Source of the DNA: Macrostomum hystrix
Lineage: Eukaryota; Animalia; Platyhelminthes
Assembly: GCA_950097015.1 (NCBI GenBank)
Contig: CATNEN010000005.1
Span: forward strand, 5,952,001-6,016,000
DNA length: 64,000 nucleotides
Direction: 5' to 3'
Shown: one piece after another, positions 23,798 to 37,067 of the stretch
Layout: every line of letters starts with the position of its first letter
Position numbering within the stretch: position 1 is the stretch's first letter
Translations under genes and position numbers: made by a program
The notes under the pieces: generated by a model
What the model saw: the letters and a program-made list of their open reading frames with translations, nothing else
Told to the model about the DNA's origin: nothing
Database searches by the model: none

Positions 23798-24471
23798 TGA
23801 AATATTTTATTTTCGCCTCCGTTCTATCGATATCTAGCTTAATTAATGTTCTTGTTATCTTCAATTAATATCTCTAGCAGAGAGGCCAGTTACAAGCGGC
23901 TATTTCTAAGACTTAAGGAGGCGTGGGAAATCGACTATCTTTTCCTGATATTGCACTCACTTTGGATGTTATGTTCTCAATCGAATTATATTTAGATGGT
24001 CTTAAAGCAAACAATCACAAAGATGAAAACTCACTATAAAATTATTGAGACTATAAAATTACTGAGAGAAAGTGATCCCCAAACACAAGCTTAATGCTTA
24101 CTCACGAATCCTTTAGTAAGCTTACAACTGGCGGAAATATGTTTTCACTATAAATAGTGGATTAGGAGTTTCAGGAATTCTAATCTCAGTGAAAATATTT
24201 TTATTCTTGACTAAGGTTTAGACGGAGGTTTAGAGCTGGCCAGGGATAGCAATGGCCGATGGCGGCCTAATTAGATCGGATTAGACTCTTTCTCTCAGTG
24301 CCAGAGTTTTATATAATCCGGCCAAAACGGCCGCCATTTGACAGCAGCCTCCAAGCGAATCCTAGAGCTCCTGCAAACGCATCCTCGCACAGGAGGAAAA
24401 GCTGAATATTCTCTGGTCTTTGCAAGCGCGCACAGATGTAAAAATCGCATAGATTAAATTGTAACACTTCA
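23798..24471 (-). mobile_element. Solo LTR (674 bp) inserted in minisatellite H
   Basis: TG...CA termini with imperfect inverted ends (TGAAATATT vs TGAAGTGTT); 4-bp TSD CTGT (23794-23797, 24472-24475); removal restores satellite variant ...TTACTGTATAATTCG seen at ~24685; minus-strand TATATAAAA (~24305-24313) and AATAAA (~24200, ~23808). Confidence 0.75.
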
Positions 24472-24850
24472 CTGTATAATTCGTGGATTTACGGGATAAT
24501 TCGTGGATTTAGGGGATAATTCGCGGATATCGGGGATAATTCACAGATTTAGGGGATAATTCGTGGATTTACGGGATAATATCTAAATTCGCGGATTTAG
24601 GGGATAAATTGCGGATTGAAGGGATAATCTCTTAATTTGAGGATTTAGAGGATAATTCGCGGATTTAGGGGATAATTTGTGGAATTACTGTATAATTCGT
24701 GGATTTACGGGATAATCTCTTAATTTGAGGATTTAGGGGATAATTCGCGGATTTAGGGGATAATTCGTGGATTTACGGGATAATTCGTGGATTTACTGGA
24801 TAATATCTAAATTCGCGGATTTAGGGGATAAATTGCGGATTGAAGGGATT
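24472..24850. repeat. Minisatellite H (right arm)
   Basis: Same 20-bp unit resumes after the LTR. Confidence 0.88.
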
Positions 24851-25487
24851 AATTTGCCTATGGGTTGATAAGAGCGACATTTTTTCTGTTTAAGGGATAA
24901 AGGGCCATTGGAGGGAATAAATTTCCTAGAATGCTATACCACATAGTATAATAATAGTATAGTAAATAAAATAGTAGATAACATAATATTTTTTCTATTT
25001 AATGGGATAGAGGGGCAACTGTGGGGATAATTAGCAAAATATTGGGACTAAACTGCCATTGACTTGACAGTTTGCAAGATAAGTGGGATAACCTGCAATG
25101 GAGGGTGATTCTTAGAAACTGGGCTGGCAAACAATATGATTCTCAAGTTTTCCCTCTATGCAGTGGGAGGCTGTTGCTAAAGTTGCGACTGGACATTTGC
25201 ATACAGCCCTAACAAAGTAGGAGTAACAAAAACTGAAGTGCTTCACACACAGGGGCAAAGTTGTTGCTTTGTTCGTTTGAGATTACCAAATTACCCTACC
25301 TACACTTACCTAAAGAATGGGCAATTTTGAAAGATTTCGGCAAGCGAGCCACCGAACAATAAACTACCGAATAACTGCAATGAATGGTCTTGGCTTCTTT
25401 TCTTTGCATTTTCTGCTATTTTCTGGCAATCATGTTCGGCTAATGTTCTTCATTTACACGAATGCCACAAAGGCATTTCGAGACATG

Positions 25488-25717
25488 AATAGGCAGAGGA
25501 ATAGGCAGAGGAATAGGCAGAGGAATAGGCAGACGAATAGACAGAGGAATAGATAGAGGAATAGACAGAGGAATAGACAGAGGAATAGGCAGAGGAATAG
25601 GCAGACGAATAGATAGAGGAATAGACAGAGGAATAGACAGAGGAATAGATAGAGGAATAGACAGAGGAATAGATAGAGGAATAGACAGAGGAATAGACAG
25701 AAGAATAGACAGAGGAA
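25488..25717. repeat. 12-bp repeat AATAG(A/G)CAGAGG
   Basis: Direct inspection; short remnant at ~50490-50545. Confidence 0.9.
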
Positions 25718-25734
25718 CGTAGAGAGGATTTGGG

Positions 25735-27100
25735 AGAAGAACAGAGAGGGGATTTGGGTGAGGAACAGAGAGGGGATTTGGGTGAGGAACAGAGAGGGGA
25801 TTTGGGTGAGGAACAGAGAGGGGATTAGAGTAAGGAACAGAGGGGATCAGGGAAAGGAACAGAGAGGGGATTAGAGTAAGGAACAGAGGGGATCAGGGAG
25901 AGGAACAGAGAGGGGATTAGAGTAAGGAACAGAGTGGGGTGATTAGGGTGAGGAACAGATTGGGGATTAGGGAGAGGAACAGAGAGTGGATTAGGAAGAG
26001 GAACAGAGGGGATCAGGGAGAGGAACAGAGAGGGGATTAGGAGAGGAACAGAGTGGGGATTAGGAGAGGAACAGAGTGGATCAGGGAGAGGAACAGAGAG
26101 GGGATTAGGAAGAGAAACAGAGAGGGGATTAGGGAGAGGAACAGAGAGGGGATCAGGGAGAGGAACAGAGAGGGGATTAGGAAGAGAAACAGAGAGGGGA
26201 TTAGGAAGAGGAACAGAGGGGATCAGGGAGAGGACCAGAGAGTGGATTAGGAAGAGGAACAGAGAGGGGATCAGGGAGAGGAACAGAGTGGGGATTAGGG
26301 AGAGGAACAGAGAGGGGATCAGGGAGAGGAACAGAGAGGGGATTAGGAAGAGAAACAGAGAGGGGATTAGGAAGAGGAACAGAGGGGATCAGGGAGAGGA
26401 CCAGAGAGTGGATTAGGAAGAGGAACAGAGAGGGGATCAGGGAGAGGAACAGAGTGGGGATTAGGGAGAGGAATAGAGAGGGGATCAGGGAGAGGAACAG
26501 AGGGGATCAGGGAGAGGAACAGAGAGTGGATTAGGAGAGGAACAGAGAGGGGATTAGGAAGAGGAACAGAGAGTGGATTAGGGAGAGGAACAGAGAGGGG
26601 ATTAGGAAGAGGAACAGAGAGTGGATTAGGGTGAGGAACAGAGAGTGGATTAGGAAGAGGAACAGAGAGGGGATTAGGGAGAGGAACAGAGAGTGGATTA
26701 GGGTGAGGAACAGAGAGTGGATTAGGAAGAGGAACAGAGAGGGGATCAGGGTGAGGAACAGAGTGGATTAGGGTGAGGAACAGAGAGGGGATCAGGGTGA
26801 GGAACAGAGGGGTGATTAGGGTGAGGAACAGAGGGGATCAGGGAGAGGAACAGAGAGGGGATCAGGGAGAGGAACAGAGAGGGGATCAGGGTGAGGAACA
26901 GATAGGGGATTAGGGAGAGGAACAGAGAGGGGATTAGGAAGAGGAACAGAGAGGGGATTAGGGTGAGGAACAGAGAGGGGATCAGGGTGAGGAACAGAGA
27001 GGGGATCAGGGAGAGGAACAGAGAGGGGATTAGGGTGAGGAACAGAGGGGATCAGGGTGAGGAACAGAGAGGGGATTAGGGAGAGGAAGTGAGAGGGAAT
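25735..27100. repeat. Minisatellite A', ~24-bp unit GGGAGAGGAACAGAGAGGGGATTA (diverged relative of A)
   Basis: Occupies the same slot as satellite A; shares GAGGAAC-GAGAGGG-AT core. Confidence 0.92.
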
Positions 27101-27619
27101 TAGGGTCAGGAACTGAGAGTGGAGATGCGAGGCGGAGGTGTGGTCAAGAAAGATTCTGTCTCAAAGGCTTTGTTTAGGAATCTATTCTATTTGCTGTTGC
27201 GGCTAGTCAAAGCAGCAAATGGATCAGTTAATTTGCTTATTAAGAGCTCTGAATATAAATTGTTTAAGTGCTTAACGCTCCACTTCCTCGTAGAATTGAG
27301 TGTGTCCAAGAAAAAATGTTTTACAGTTGCTACGGCAGTTGAGCATAAATAAAAAAATGAATGAATAAACAAGACAGGCATTATTTGTGCAATTATAATT
27401 GCTTTTTTAGAATTCTTTACTAGAAAACTGCAAAATTTCTGATCTCAATTTTTAACTTACGAGTAATATATTTTATTTAACATCATGAAAGGGTTATAGC
27501 AATGAGCACACGGGCTGGGATAATATAAGCATGCCTGGTCAGTTTGGCAAGTTCTTTCACTGAAACTCGTCATAAAATATAAGTAGTAATAATAATATTA
27601 TAATCTTTTATAATAAGCA

Positions 27620-27632
27620 TATAAAATTTCAG
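27620..27632 (+). other. Candidate 3' splice acceptor (AAAATTTCAG) 94 nt upstream of gene 2 ATG
   Basis: TTTCAG at the end of an AT-rich tract, where composition shifts to a higher-GC leader. Confidence 0.4.
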
Positions 27633-27726
27633 AGTTCACCCAGAGCAGAAAAGCACTGCTCAAGCCAGCTGAACTGTGAATCGGATTTAAGCAAGCTCAG
27701 CCACACGGCGAAATATTTGGTACACA

Positions 27727-30700
27727 ATGAATTTTTTATTTCTTTGCGACCTCGATTTGTGGCTCGCCGACGCGACCAGTCTGCGCAATGACCTTCTTCG
27801 AGCCATAGACAGCAGCGACTCTGAGGAGCTGAGCAGAATATCAGACAGAATCAGAAAAGGACTTCAAGATCATGAGGATGCAAAAGTGAAAGCGCTGCTG
27901 CTTCTGTCAGCCGCCAAGCCAGACCTGGAACTGCTGCAGTTCTTGACTGAAAGACATGCCGATTCATGCCTGCAGGTGCGAAGTTCATCAGCGAACAACA
28001 TGCTGCACTTTGTGTGCGGATGCATCAACTCAGATTCAGCAACTGCAGCCTTGGAGCTGATCTACAACAAAGTGGGCAAACAGCTGGTCAAGGAGGTCAA
28101 CAACTCGAAGCAGCTGCCTGTACACATCGCAGCTATAAACAGCAAGAATCCTGCAGTGTTTCTCTGGCTCATTTCCTTCGTCGAAGACAAGAATCTGTTT
28201 TTCGTTCAAGACGACGACGGCTACAGTGCTGTTAGCATCGCATTTTTTTATCGGAACTTGGACACACTCAAACAAGTGACTGAGAAGCTTGGTCTGGCGG
28301 AGTGCCTGGCGGCAAAAACTGCCAAAAATCAAAATATTTGCCTTCGAGCCGCATTCAATACAGCCAATCCTGCAGTGTTTCTCTGGCTCATTTCCACCGT
28401 CGAGGACAAGAATCTGTTTTTCGTTCAAGACGATGACGGCTACAGTGCTGTTAGCACAGCGTTTCTACATCAGAACTTGGACACACTCAAACAAGCGACT
28501 GAGAAGCTTGGTCTGGCGGAGTGCCTGGCGGCAAAAACTGCCAAAAATCAAAATATTTGCCTTCGAGCCGCAGCGAATTCAGCCAATCCTGCAGTGTTTC
28601 TCTGGCTCATTTCCACCGTCGAGGACAAGAATCTGTTTTTCGTTCAAGACGATGACGGCGAAAGTGCTGTTGGCAGAGCATTTTATGAGCACAATTTGGA
28701 CACGCTCAAACAAGTGACTGAGAAGCTTGGTCTGGCGGAGTGCCTGGCGGCAAAAACTGCCAAAAATCAAAATATTTGCAAAAGAGCCGCATTCAATACA
28801 GCCAATCCTGCAGTGTTTCTCTGGCTCATTTCCACCGTCGAGGACAAGAATCTGTTTTTCGTTCAAGACGATGACGGCTACAGTGCTGTTAGCACAGCGT
28901 TTCTACATCAGAACTTGGACACACTCAAACAAGTGACTGAGAAGCTTGGTCTGGCGGAGTGCCTGGCGGCAAAAACTGCCAAAAATCAAAATATTTGCTT
29001 TCGAGCCGCATTCAATACAGCCAATCCTGCAGTGTTTCTCTGGCTCATTTCTATCGTCGAGGACAAGAATCTGTTTTTCGTTCAAGACGATGACGGCTAC
29101 AGTGCTGTTAGCACAGCGTTTCTACATCAGAACTTGGACACTCTCAAACAAGTGACTGAGAAGCTTGGTCTGGCGGAGTGCCTGGCGGCAAAAACTGCCA
29201 AAAATGAAAATATTTGCCTTCTTGCCGCATTCAATACAGCCAATCCTGCAGTGTTTCTCTGGCTCATTTCCATCGTCGAGGACAAGAATCAGTTTTTCGT
29301 TCAAGACGACGACGGCTACAGTGCTGTTAGCATCGCATTTTTTAATCGGAACTTGGACACACTCAAACAAGTGACTGAGAAGCTTGGTCTGGCGGAGTGC
29401 CTGGCGGCAAAAACTGCCAAAAATCAAAATATTTGCAAAAGAGCCGCATTCAATACAGCCAATCCTGCAGTGTTTCTCTGGCTCATTTCCATCGTCGAGG
29501 ACAAGAAACTGTTTTTCGTTCAAGACGATGACGGCGAAAGTGCTGTATACACCGCCTTTGATCAGCTGAACTTGGACACTCTCAAACAAGTGACTGAGAA
29601 GCTTGGTCTGGCGGAGTGCCTGGCGGCAAAAACTGCCAAAAATCAAAATATTTGCAAAAGAGCCGCATTCAATACAGCCAATCCTGCAGTGTTTCTCTGG
29701 CTCATTTCCACCGTCGAGGACAAGAAACTGTTTTTCGTTCAAGACGACGACGGCTACAGTGCTGTTAGCATCGCATTTTTTAATCGGAACTTGGACACAC
29801 TCAAACAAGTGACTGAGAAGCTTGGTCTGGCGGAGTGCCTGGCGGCAAAAACTGCCAAAAATCAAAATATTTGCTTTGTAGCCGCATTCAATACAGCCAA
29901 TCCTGCAGTGTTTCTCTGGCTCATTTCCACCGTCGAGGACAAGAATCTGTTTTTCGTTCAAGACGATGACGGCTACAGTGCTCTTAGCGCAGCATTCGAG
30001 AAGCAGAACTTGGACACTCTCAAACAAGTGACTGAGAAGCTTGGTCTGGCGGAGTGCCTGGCGGCAAAAACTGCCAAAAATGAAAATATTTGCCTTCGAG
30101 CCGCATTCAATACAGCCAATCCTGCAGTGTTTCTCTGGCTCATTTCCACCGTCGAGGACAAGAATCTGTTTTTCGTTCAAGACGATGACGGCTACAGTGC
30201 TGTTAGCACTGCATTTGAGAAGCAGAATTTGTACACTCTCAAACAAGTGACTGAGAAGCTTGGTCTGGCGGAGTGCCTGGCGGCAAAAACTGCCAAAAAT
30301 GAAAATATTTGTAAAAGAGCGGCATTCAATACAGCCAATCCTGCAGTGTTTCTCTGGCTCATTTCCACCGTCGAGGACAAGAATCTGTTTTTCGTTCACA
30401 ACGATGACGGCTACAGTGCTGTAACCACAGCATTTGAGAAGCAGAATTTGGACACACTCAAACAAGTGACTGAGAAGCTTGGTCTGGCGGAGTGCCTGGC
30501 GGCAAAAACTGCCAAAAATCAAAATATTTGCCTTCTTGCCGCATTCAATACAGCCAATCCTGCAGTGTTTCTCTGGCTCATTTCCACCGTCGCGGACAAG
30601 AATCTGTTTTTCGTTCAAGACGATGACGGCTACAGTGCTCTTAGCGCAGCATTCGAGAAGCAGAACTTGGACACTCTCAAACAAGTGACTGAGAAGCTTG

Positions 30701-33700
30701 GTCTGGCGGAGTGCCTGGCGGCAAAAACTGCCAAAAATGAAAATATTTGCCTTCTTGCCGCATTCAATACAGCCAATCCTGCAGTGTTTCTCTGGCTCAT
30801 TTCCACCGTCGCGGACAAGAATCTGTTTTTCGTTCAAGACGATGACGGCTACAGTGCTCTTAGCGCAGCATTCGAGAAGCAGAACTTGGACACTCTCAAA
30901 CAAGTGACTGAGAAGCTTGGTCTGGCGGAGTGCCTGGCGGCAAAAACTGCCAAAAATCAAAATATTTGCCTTCGAGCCGCATTCAATACAGCCAATCCTG
31001 CAGTGTTTCTCTGGCTCATTTCCACCGTCGAGGACAAGAATCTGTTTTTCGTTCAAGACGATGACGGCTACAGTGCTCTTAGCGCAGCATTCGAGAAGCA
31101 GAACTTGGACACTCTCAAACAAGTGACTGAGAAGCTTGGTCTGGCGGAGTGCCTGGCGGCAAAAACTGCCAAAAATCAAAATATTTGCCTTCGAGCCGCA
31201 TTCAATACAGCCAATCCTGCAGTGTTTCTCTGGCTCATTTCCACCGTCGAGGACAAGAATCTGTTTTTCGTTCAAGACGATGACGGCTACAGTGCTGTTA
31301 GCACTGCATTTGAGAAGCAGAATTTGTACACTCTCAAACAAGTGACTGAGAAGCTTGGTCTGGCGGAGTGCCTGGCGGCAAAAACTGCCAAAAATGAAAA
31401 TATTTGTAAAAGAGCGGCATTCAATACAGCCAATCCTGCAGTGTTTCTCTGGCTCATTTCCACCGTCGAGGACAAGAATCTGTTTTTCGTTCACAACGAT
31501 GACGGCTACAGTGCTGTTAGCATAGCATTTGAGAAGCAGAATTTGGACACACTCAAACAAGTGACTGAGAAGCTTGGTCTGGCGGAGTGCCTGGCGGCAA
31601 AAACTGCCAAAAATCAAAATATTTGCCTTCTTGCCGCATTCAATACAGCCAATCCTGCAGTGTTTCTCTGGCTCATTTCCACCGTCGCGGACAAGAATCT
31701 GTTTTTCGTTCAAGACGATGACGGCTACAGTGCTCTTAGCGCAGCATTCGAGAAGCAGAACTTGGACACTCTCAAACAAGTGACTGAGAAGCTTGGTCTG
31801 GCGGAGTGCCTGGCGGCAAAAACTGCCAAAAATCAAAATATTTGCAAAAGAGCCGCATTCAATACAGCCAATCCTGCAGTGTTTCTCTGGCTCATTTCCA
31901 TCGTCGAGGACAAGAATCAGTTTTTCGTTCAAGACGACGACGGCTACAGTGCTGTTAGCATAGCATTTTTTAAACAGAACTTGGACACACTCAAGCAAGT
32001 GACTGAGAAGCTTGGTCTGGCGGAGTGCCTGGCGGCAAAAACTGCCAAAAATGAAAATATTTGCATTCGAGCCGCATTCAATACAGCCAATCCTGCAGTG
32101 TTTCTCTGGCTCATTTCCATCGTCGAGGACAAGAATCAGTTTTTCGTTCAAGACGATGACGGCTTCAGTGCTGTTAGCCTCGCGTTTGAGAAGCAGAATT
32201 TGGACACTCTCAAACAAGTGACTGAGAAGCTTGGTCTGGCGGAGTGCCTGGCGGCAAAAACTGCCAAAAATCAAAATATTTGCCTTCGAGCCGCATTCAA
32301 TACAGCCAATCCTGCAGTGTTTCTCTGGCTCATTTCCACCGTCGAGGACAAGAATCAGTTTTTCGTTCAAGACGACGACGGCTACAGTGCTGTTAGCATA
32401 GCATTTTTTAATCAGAACTTGGACACACTCAAGCAAGTGACTGAGAAGCTTGGTCTGGCGGAGTGCCTGGCGGCAAAAACTGCCGAAGGTCAATGTGGTT
32501 TGCATGCAGCGGCCTGGAACAGAGAGAATCCAGCCTTATTTCGATGGCTCATTTCCATCGTCGAGGACAAGAAACTCTTCTTTGAAAAGGCACCAGGTAA
32601 TTTAGGAAGTAATGCCGTCAATAATGCCTTTTATCGCCAAGGGTTGGTCACAGTGAAGCTTTTGACAGACCGTTTTGGACTCAGCGAGTGTTTGAGTTGC
32701 ATTGACAATCTAAATCGGGATTTGTTTTTTTATTCCATTCTGAACAGCGCGAACCCGGCAGTATTTCCCTGGCTTCTCGAGCAGGTCTCCCAGCAATGTC
32801 CAGACAAGAAGTCCAGAATTTACGAGTTGGATTCCAACGGCAACACTCTGCTTCATGCACTGTTTAGGAAGGTCGATTTGTTCGGCGATGTTGATGCGCT
32901 TGCAGTGCTGATTGGCCGCATAAACTTTATTTTTGAAAATGAAGTTGATCCAAGAAAAGAAAACAAATTTAGACTCAACTGTCTGCTTGCCGCTGAATCC
33001 AGTGCTGACAATCTCAATCGTCTTTTGCGAGCTCTTCAAAGATCAGCGCATTTGGAAATCTTCAGAAATCTGCAAAGAAACTCGGAGGGCCTTCACGCAG
33101 CTCATGTCTTCTGCACTCGCTACGAGCTCCGAGTTATCGAGAACGATTTGAGCAAGCTGTGCGGTCTCAGTCCTGACGAGATCCTTGCAGTCCGAGTTTC
33201 TGACGGACCGCTGAAGGATGCAACTTGTCTGCACTTTGCCTGCGAATCCGGTCACAAGTTGAACATGGAATACCTTCTAAAGAAAGGAAGGAAGCTGGAA
33301 GATGAGACAGACGCCGGGCAGACGAGTGTCGACTTTGCCTGCAACAAGGCGAAGCTCGAGGATGTTTTGGATGTTGCAGAGAAGTCAGTTGGTCTCGGAA
33401 AACTGCTCAAGCTGGTTGATCCAACGAAGCGAGCTCTGAACCTTCCGGACGTTCAGAGCGCCCGAGGTCACCTGACTCGATTCAACGACTCATCGCTGAA
33501 GGCCAGCATTGAGGATGATAAATCCAGACGACAGACGAGAGGCAAGGAAGCCGGTGGGATGAAAAACGAGAGTCTGCAGGCCGGACACGGAGCTGACAGT
33601 ATTTCAAAGTCCGAGGATTCGCCAGAAGTGAAAATGCTGTTCAGAGCATTCGAGCTCGACTCAAGTGAGATGCTCCGCAGCTTGATCAGTTTGGGCTTCG

Positions 33701-35394
33701 CCATCGATGAGATCGATGACCAGTTCTCCAGGCATGTCTCAAAGCAAATTGGCAATGGGCGGGAAAGCAGTAAGTCTCCTACAATAGCCAAGCTTCAAAA
33801 GTACTTCTCCTCAGAAGGAAGAGATTCTGAAGCTCTCATGCTGATGGAGTATGCAGTGCTGCTCGAGAAGCCGAAGCTGCTCAATGACCTGATGCTTCTG
33901 CCACAGTTTGACATCATCCCACAGACTTTGAGGCTGCTCGTTTATCTCAAGCCCAGAGTGAAGTCGAGCAATGTTGAGAATCTGAAAAAAGTGCAAGCTC
34001 TAGCCTTGAACATTGTCGTCAATGTTCTGGAGCACCTCTACGTGAATGCTGATGAAGAAGAGCGGAATCTTGTTTTCGACTACCTGAGTGGCTCATTTAT
34101 GGTGTCAGACGGGCATCCTCAGGTTCGAGGTCCGAGGTTCCCGCCACCATTGGATTATCTTACCAGACCAATTTCAAACGATAAAACTGATCACGAAAAA
34201 GTGAGCAAAGATGCGAAGACACCAAAAAAGCCATCAGAAAAGAAGTCTGCAGCTGCAGTGATGTCAGTGATGGATCTGGTGCAGACCCTGGACTGTGACG
34301 ATGTGTTTGCCACTGACTGTATCAGCCAGTTGGTGGATCGGCAGTGGAACGAGGCTCCACCGTTGCCCTGGAGCAGTCCTGCACGCTGCTGCTCATGCAA
34401 CATACCGCAAAAGGTGACAATTAAACAGCGGTTCTTCATCCACTCTGCTTTTTTCCTGGTCTTTCTTCTCTACTTTGCCTGGTACGTGACGGATTTCAGT
34501 CGGACAAAGCAGTTTCCGATTCTAGACGTCGTCCTGTTGGCCTACGCGCTGTCCTTCACTCTGCAGGAAGTCAACGACTTGCTGAACAAGCTGTCTATGA
34601 AGGACATACGAATTTTCGGAAGTCACAGGAGATGTCCTCGCTACTTCACCGACTTCTTCAACTACTTTGACATGCTCGGCCTGCTGCTGATGTGGGCGGG
34701 GCTGGTCCTGAAGCTGCTTGGTCGGCTGAGCGACCCCAGCCTCATGCGCAGCTCTCAGGTCGTCCTCAGCGTCTCGTTCCTGTTCCTGGGATTCCGCTCC
34801 GTGGCCCTGCTCAGCTACTTCAAGGTCACTGGGCCGAACATTAGTATGCTGAAGAGCTTGCTGTTCAAAGACCTGCTGCCATTCTTGATCATCATGCTGG
34901 TTCTGATCTTCTCATTTGGCATTTTCTTCTTCAACCTGCTGTTCCCGGCCTTCTCAGACCTGACAGACGTCCTGGCTCTCGTGAAGATTTTCACAACGCC
35001 CCTGGCGCTGGCCTTAAGCATCTTTGAGCTCTCGCTGTTCGAGTCGTGCAACTCCAGCAGTCTCGCGACCGGACAGACCTGTGCGGACAGTGGAGGCAAC
35101 CAGGTGTACAGCCTATTCCTGATGTTCGTGTACGTCTTGCTGGTAAACATTGTGATGTTCAACCTGCTGATCGCACTGTTCAACCGCACCGTGACAGCGA
35201 TGGCCAGCAGGGCGGAGGTTCTGTGGCGCAAGAATCGGTTCGAGCTGCTGGAGGAGTTCGCAGAGGTCAGTCCGGTTCCGCCGCCGCTGTCGTTCCCGCT
35301 CTACGCCTGGAAACTGCTGCGGAGGTGCCGCCCTTCGCACTGCCGACCCTGCGCTGGCAAAGTCGGTCCTTCTGACGGCTCTGAGAGAAGCAAG
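27727..35394 (+). CDS. Ankyrin-repeat TRP-family cation channel, paralog 2, large coding exon (2556 codons; spliced protein ~2720 aa)
   Basis: Uninterrupted ORF; near-identical to paralog 1 from SLRND onward; 21 x 73-aa units; short divergent N-terminus (start codon less certain); phase-0 donor at 35395. Confidence 0.9.
28108..32712 (+). repeat. Intragenic array of 21 x 219-bp double-ankyrin units, gene 2
   Basis: NPA codons at 28147 and 32527 are 20 x 219 bp apart; cap unit has a 2-aa insertion (APGNLGSNAVNN). Confidence 0.95.
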
Positions 35395-35799
35395 GTAAGA
35401 GGCCTGGTGGACTGAGGGACTGACTCTGTTACTCACAGATGATAAATGGTCTGAATATATAGCCCTTAGATTCAGTCAGACAATGACCGAATCCAATTTT
35501 CAATTGCAAGAACTGATTGTGTGTACATGAATGTAAATGGCTTTATAGCAAAGACATGCTCAGATTATAGTAAGCTGGGGCTGGTCATGAAACTCTTGAG
35601 GACTGATTAACAGTAGAAGCAAGGTGAGAGGCCTGGTGAGCGCAGGTGAACTGAGGGGCTGACTATGTTTACTCATATAGGCACTAGATTGAGTCAGACG
35701 ATGACCGAATCCAATTTGAATGGAAATAACTGGTTGTGTGCACATGATTGCAAATAAGCTCATGTTTCAAGGCGCTCTTCCTCACGGCTTCCGTTCCAG
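35395..35799 (+). other. Intron of gene 2 (405 nt, GT-AG, phase 0)
   Basis: Same donor and acceptor as gene 1; in-frame join. Confidence 0.85.
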
Positions 35800-36294
35800 C
35801 CGTGGTGGACGAACCGGAGCGACTTCAGCGGCTACCCCGAAGACTTCAAGCGCTTCCTGATCTTCCAGGCCGAGCAGCTCCGGCAGCAGCGGCCACGGCT
35901 GCAGCGGGCGGTCGAGCGGCACAAGGGGGACGTCGATGTGCTGAAGGCGCACGTGGAGAACCAGGTCAAGGACCTGCGGGATAATATTCAGGATGTGCTC
36001 ACGGCTCAGAGAGAGGACACTGAGAAAATCGAGACCGATGTGAAGGGCGTCAGAGAAAGTGTTGGAAAGCTGAACGCGGATGTTGGAAAGCTGAACGCGG
36101 ATGTTGGAAAGCTGAACGCGGATGTTGGAAAGCTGAACGAGGACGTCAACGAACTCAAAGAGCTGCAGCTCCGCCAACGAAGACGAGTAAAGCGAGTGAA
36201 CGATGAGATGAAAGAAAACTTCGAGAACCTGCAGCAGCAAATGTCGCAGGTGATGAGCATTCTGCAGCAACTGCAGCAGCAGCTTCAGCAGTGA
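35800..36294 (+). CDS. Terminal coding exon of gene 2 (164 aa, coiled coil with 4 GKLNxDV heptads at 36064-36147)
   Basis: Open in phase 0 to TGA; homologous to 10482-11030. Confidence 0.85.
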   Translation, partial: PWWTNRSDFSGYPEDFKRFLIFQAEQLRQQRPRLQRAVERHKGDVDVLKAHVENQVKDLRDNIQDVLTAQREDTEKIETDVKGVRESVGKLNADVGKLNADVGKLNADVGKLNEDVNELKELQLRQRRRVKRVNDEMKENFENLQQQMSQVMSILQQLQQQLQQ

Positions 36295-36691
36295 CCAGGC
36301 GACTCCAGCACACGCAGTTTGTAAGCTCTGAACAGTTGTAGCCGAAATTGAAATACGAAATCGATGACTGCCACTTTATTTCTGGTTAAAAAGAGCCAAA
36401 CTCAGCATGAAAGCAATTAGAGTCTTTCCAAACCATCCTTGACTACTTTCAGGCCTCTTAATCATTGCAGTGGCTTCTTCAGTTGCTGGGCCTCACAAAA
36501 ACTGACGTTTTGTTTGCCGACAGAAGATTTTCTAAATTTTAACTTTTTATTCGACGGAATTTCGCTACTGCCGATAGATACATGAACAGTTACAAAAGCA
36601 ATTGATTGAACCGAATGGAATTTCAAATAGTAAAAGTTTGCAGAAGCTATTGACAGATATTCGCTTTACTCACATTTTTTGCTCATTTTCC

Positions 36692-36697
36692 AATAAA
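36692..36697 (+). terminator. Candidate polyadenylation signal AATAAA for gene 2
   Basis: ~400 nt after stop; conserved at 58921 in gene 3; not seen at the homologous place in gene 1. Confidence 0.3.
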
Positions 36698-37067
36698 TTT
36701 GTTCGAAAATATTTCGAATCATTCAACTTGATTTCGAACTCATCTGAGAGTATGTACCTAGAATATATTATTGAAAAAATGCCATGTTTCTGCTCTTGTG
36801 CTATCATATTTCACTTTCTAGAATTCGTTTGTGTCTTGTGCTCACTAGCACAATGCACCATGTGCTCAAGCCCATTGCACCCTGAACTCGTGTCCGCTTT
36901 CGCTTGACTACTTCCCTCGCTTTTATATCTTTCCTGGTGCTTTTGGAGATGACAAAGAAACCTTCCGAATGGATGAAATCTACAGCTTCTCAAGCTCTGC
37001 CAGACTGAACACTAATGAGAAGGGGATTTCTGCAGTGTGAAGCTTTTGTCGCTTTCATCGAGTAACC

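Larger units (their letters stand above)
1..25720 (+). repeat. Tandem segmental unit 1 (~24-25 kb, 5' truncated by window): satellite A, channel gene 1, satellite/spacer string
   Basis: Gene, satellites and unique spacers recur in the same order at 25.7-50.5 kb and from 50.5 kb; e.g. spacer 15230-17700 matches 40166-42630 nearly base for base. Confidence 0.9.

Noticed and set aside
22905-27100. Telomeric repeat interpretation of TTAGGG-containing satellites H and A'
   Set aside because: The hexamer is embedded in 20-24 bp monomers, not in (TTAGGG)n runs
29122-32505. 1127-aa antisense ORF and similar minus-strand ORFs (4883-5407, 5435-6721, 53634-54425)
   Set aside because: Shadow frames of the 219-bp repeat; they open and close only at variable codons and show no independent domain signal
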